Source: the human T2T-CHM13v2.0 reference genome, Homo sapiens. Taken from it: 64,000 bases of DNA. Where the stretch lies: NCBI RefSeq assembly GCF_009914755.1, contig NC_060934.1; one strand, given 5' to 3'. This document shows, one piece after another, positions 59,651 to 64,000 of the stretch. The stretch's first letter is position 1, and each line of letters starts with the position of its first letter. The notes under the pieces are model-generated. The model was not told the origin of the DNA. It did not search any database and worked only from the letters and a program-made list of their open reading frames with translations. Made by a program: the position numbers and the translations under genes.

Positions 59651-59941
59651 GGCCGAGTGCAGTGGCTGAAGCCTGTAATCCCAGGCTTTGGGAGGCCGAG
59701 GCGAGTGGATCACTTGAGGCCAGGAGTTCGAGAACAGCCTGGCCAACATGGTGAAAACCCATCTCTATTAAAAAAACAAAAATTGGCTGGGCGTGTTGGT
59801 ACATGCCTGTCATCCCAGCTACTGGGGAGGCTGAGGCACGAGAATTATTTGAATCCAGGAGGTAGAGGTTGCAGTGAGCCAAGGTCACACCACTGCCCTC
59901 CAGCCTGGTCAACAGAACGAGACTGTCTTGAAAAAAAAAAG
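59651..59941 (+). mobile_element. AluS
   Basis: Full dimer inserted at the L1MB tail. Confidence 0.94.
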
Positions 59942-60231
59942 ATAAATTATGGTATTTGCTTTGGAATTAAATAATTAGTAACCTTTAGTAAGGTTTGGTA
60001 AAGGTTTAGTAACCTTTAGTTAACCCAGTTAACTTCTGTGTCTTATGTTTGTCTTTGTACTGAAGTAGTTGAATGCCACTGACCCACAGAATGAGTTGCC
60101 AGAGAATTGGAGCAACATTCTGTTGTGGGAAAGAGAATACTCTGTTCTACCTTAAAATTAGATTACCAGCATATCAATTGAAGGGTTTTAAATAGTGAGT
60201 GATGTGTTTCAATTTATATTTATATTATATT

Positions 60232-60266
60232 TACACTTGATCTTAGCCAAAAGTCTGAGTAGTGAT
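60232..60266 (-). pseudogene. RNU2: Tailless U2 snRNA retropseudogene (first 35 nt of U2)
   Basis: tacacttgatcttagccaaaagtctgagtagtgat matches the reverse complement of U2 1-35 with 4 mismatches. 15-bp TSD tttatattatattta. Confidence 0.92.
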
Positions 60267-60363
60267 TTTATATTATATTTATAAAGATCACTTTAGCTTT
60301 CTCCTGGAGACTGGATTGGTAGGGACAAGGTGACATTGGTGAACTTGGTTAGAAAGTCAGTCA

Positions 60364-60678
<315 letters not shown>

Positions 60679-60977
60679 TCAGTACTCTAGGGAAGAAATA
60701 ACAATAGCTATATTATGACATAGTAGTGAGTTGAAGATAACTGAATAGCCAAAATATATTTTGGAGATAGTTTGATATGAGAGGCGAGGAAAAGTAAGTA
60801 GTCACGTGTGGCTCTTTGTTTCTGGCTTTAATAACTCCAGTAGTTCTGGAAGAGACTTAGTGGGAAAATTAAGGACATTTTGGATAAATTGAGTTTGTCC
60901 AAATGGGGTTTCCAAGTGGAGAGTTGAGTAAATGAAGCTAGAGCTCAGGAAAGATGTGGACCAGAGTTATAAGTCAT

Positions 60978-61279
60978 ATTTATTTATTTATTTATTTTGA
61001 GACAGAGTCTCGCTCTGTCGCCCAGGCTGGAGTGCAGTGGTGCGATCTTGGCTCACTGCAACCTCCGCCTCCGGGGTCAAGTGATTCTCCTACCTCAGCC
61101 TCCAGAGTAGCTGGTATTACAGGCGTGGGCCACCATGCCCAGCTAATTTTTGTATTTTTAGTAGAGACGGGGGTTTCACCATGCTGGCCAGGCTGGTCTC
61201 GAACTCCCGACTTTAGGTGATCCTCCTGCCTCGGCCTCCCAAAGTGTTTGGATTACAGGTGTGAGCTACTGCGCCCAGC
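60978..61279 (-). mobile_element. AluSx-like
   Basis: Full dimer. TSD ataagtcatattta. Confidence 0.95.
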
Positions 61280-63073
61280 ATAAGTCATATTTAAAACAAT
61301 GGGAATGGGTAGGAACACCTAGGGATAGAGTATGGGAAATAGAGTAGGGTCCAGTATACAGCTGTGCCAAATTTCACATGTACAGGTTAGATAGTGGAGT
61401 GGGTCAGTTCTGTTGAGAATGCCCTGAAAGCTTGAATAATGATAAGCACGTCCATTTTAACATCATGAGGTAGTGGTGACGTTGTAAGAGGAGTTTCAGT
61501 GTAGTGGGTTGTCATGGGTTAAAACGTTCAGATTGTCATGGGTTAAAACGTGAATTGGATATGAGGAAGTGGAGTGTGCAAAGATAGTTTTCTGAAAGTT
61601 TTACTTGGAAGAGGACAAAAAATTGAGACTAGACAGTTTGAGGAGGATGAAAGGTCAAGGATTCTAAGCTAGTGATAAAAATTTCGTCAACATCAATGAA
61701 TAGGTAATGTAAACACGTTAATCCTGGGATGGATGTGAGAAGAGCAAAGAAAGGAGTCATGGGGGAATATCAGCTCTAAAGGTTGAGTAGAGAAGGAAGG
61801 AGTGATCTGAGAGGTGGAAGGAGGAGTAGGAATTATCATAGAAACTTTAAGCTTCTTGAGGGCTTGTGACTGTGTCATGTTCATCATTTTATCTGAAGTT
61901 CTTATCAACAAAGTAGCTTTCAGTAAATATTTATTAAATGAAGACAAAAATTTTAAGAGCCATCTGCAATGTCAAATGTAGCCCACAGTTGAATGAATAT
62001 GAGGACCGGGAAGTGTCCCTTGATTTTGGAGTTAAGCAGCTGATTGCCACCTTCTGTAGAACAGCTTCAGTGGAGTCTCCATGATAGAAATAAATGCCAG
62101 GTTGCTGAGGACTAAGCGTGGATATTTGTTGAGAGTGGAGACAGTAAGTGCAAACATTCTTTTCAGAAAGCTTTGCTCTTTTTGAAGCTTTGCTCATAGG
62201 GAGATACAAGATAGTAGGTAGAGGGGCAGGCTGTGTTTAGATGAGAGAGACTTCAGCATGTTTATATGCTAAATGGAAAAAGGAAAAAGGAAGGGAGAAG
62301 TTGAAGATGTAGAATAAAGGAGGTGTGTGTGAATGATTGTACATTGTCTTTGAGGTTAGTGGGAATGGAGTGAAGATACTGGGTTGCAGTACAGATGAGA
62401 ATACAGTTTCCACTGAAGTAGGAATAAAGGAACAATAGATGGTGCAGATGGGGAAGTGTTTGGGTGGCAAGTGAGAATTCTGGATATCAACACTTTATTT
62501 TTTTCAGTGAAGGGGGGATAAGGTCATCCACTGAGATTATAGTGGGGATGAAATGATGATTGTAGGGGACTGAGGAGAAAAGGAGAATTTCAAGAAAGCC
62601 TCTGAGGGAAGTGAGAGGGCAAGCTGAGTGGGAATACTTAGAAAAAATGGAATCATGGATTTTTCACGGCTGTGGTATATATATTTGTATGAATGATTTC
62701 CTCCTTCTCTCAGGGCTCAGCAGCCTGGGTGAGCACACAATTGAACAGTTGGATTGGTCTTGGCCTGGGTTTTATGTGTCAGTGTGACAGAGAGGGTAAG
62801 GAGGCAAGATATTTCAGTAGCGAGAGTGTTTGAAGTGGTGGGCCATTGAGTCTAGGCTGAATAGGGAACAAATGAAACCAGAAGGTGGCTGCTGGGACAT
62901 GAAGTGGTTGGTGTTCAAGACTGGATAGTGGAAATGAAGATTGAACGGGAGGAGCAGTTGCTGGGTATGACAGAATACAGGATCCAGCTATGGAGTGGGT
63001 TTATGAAGTAGAGACAACGTTCCCAAGTCTTTAGTGAACATCAGAGAGTGTCATCTGTTAGAACTTTAGCTGC

Positions 63074-63933
<860 letters not shown>

Positions 63934-64000
63934 TTAATAAAGGCTCTGGGAAATGATGTTACTATTAATGATTTAACATTTATTGAGCACTGTCTAAGGC

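Overview
Primate (most likely human) AT-rich, repeat-dominated nuclear DNA with no intact protein-coding gene that I can recognise. Almost all ORFs in the supplied track are Alu, L1 or LTR read-throughs or chance ORFs. Main content: (1) an old, near full-length L1 (1-6245) with an MLT2A solo LTR inserted; (2) a CpG-rich, 5'-truncated retrocopy of an unidentified mRNA 3' end (~6741-7886, minus); (3) an ancient local duplication (9.6-12.5 kb); (4) a young 7x50-bp VNTR grown out of an old L1; (5) a 62-bp-arm palindrome (27755-27890); (6) a series of minus-strand GT-AG exon-like segments with compatible, partly open frames (~26.7-37.1 kb) that looks like a decayed multi-exon gene; (7) an old ~1.2-kb NUMT (control region, tRNA-Phe, 5' 12S) that keeps an RS3-like tandem repeat absent from human mtDNA; (8) a CTCF-like motif near the change to an Alu-dense right end; (9) a tailless U2 retropseudogene. 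Repeat subfamily names and most repeat boundaries were assigned by eye from remembered consensus sequences and are approximate. The genomic locus was not identified.
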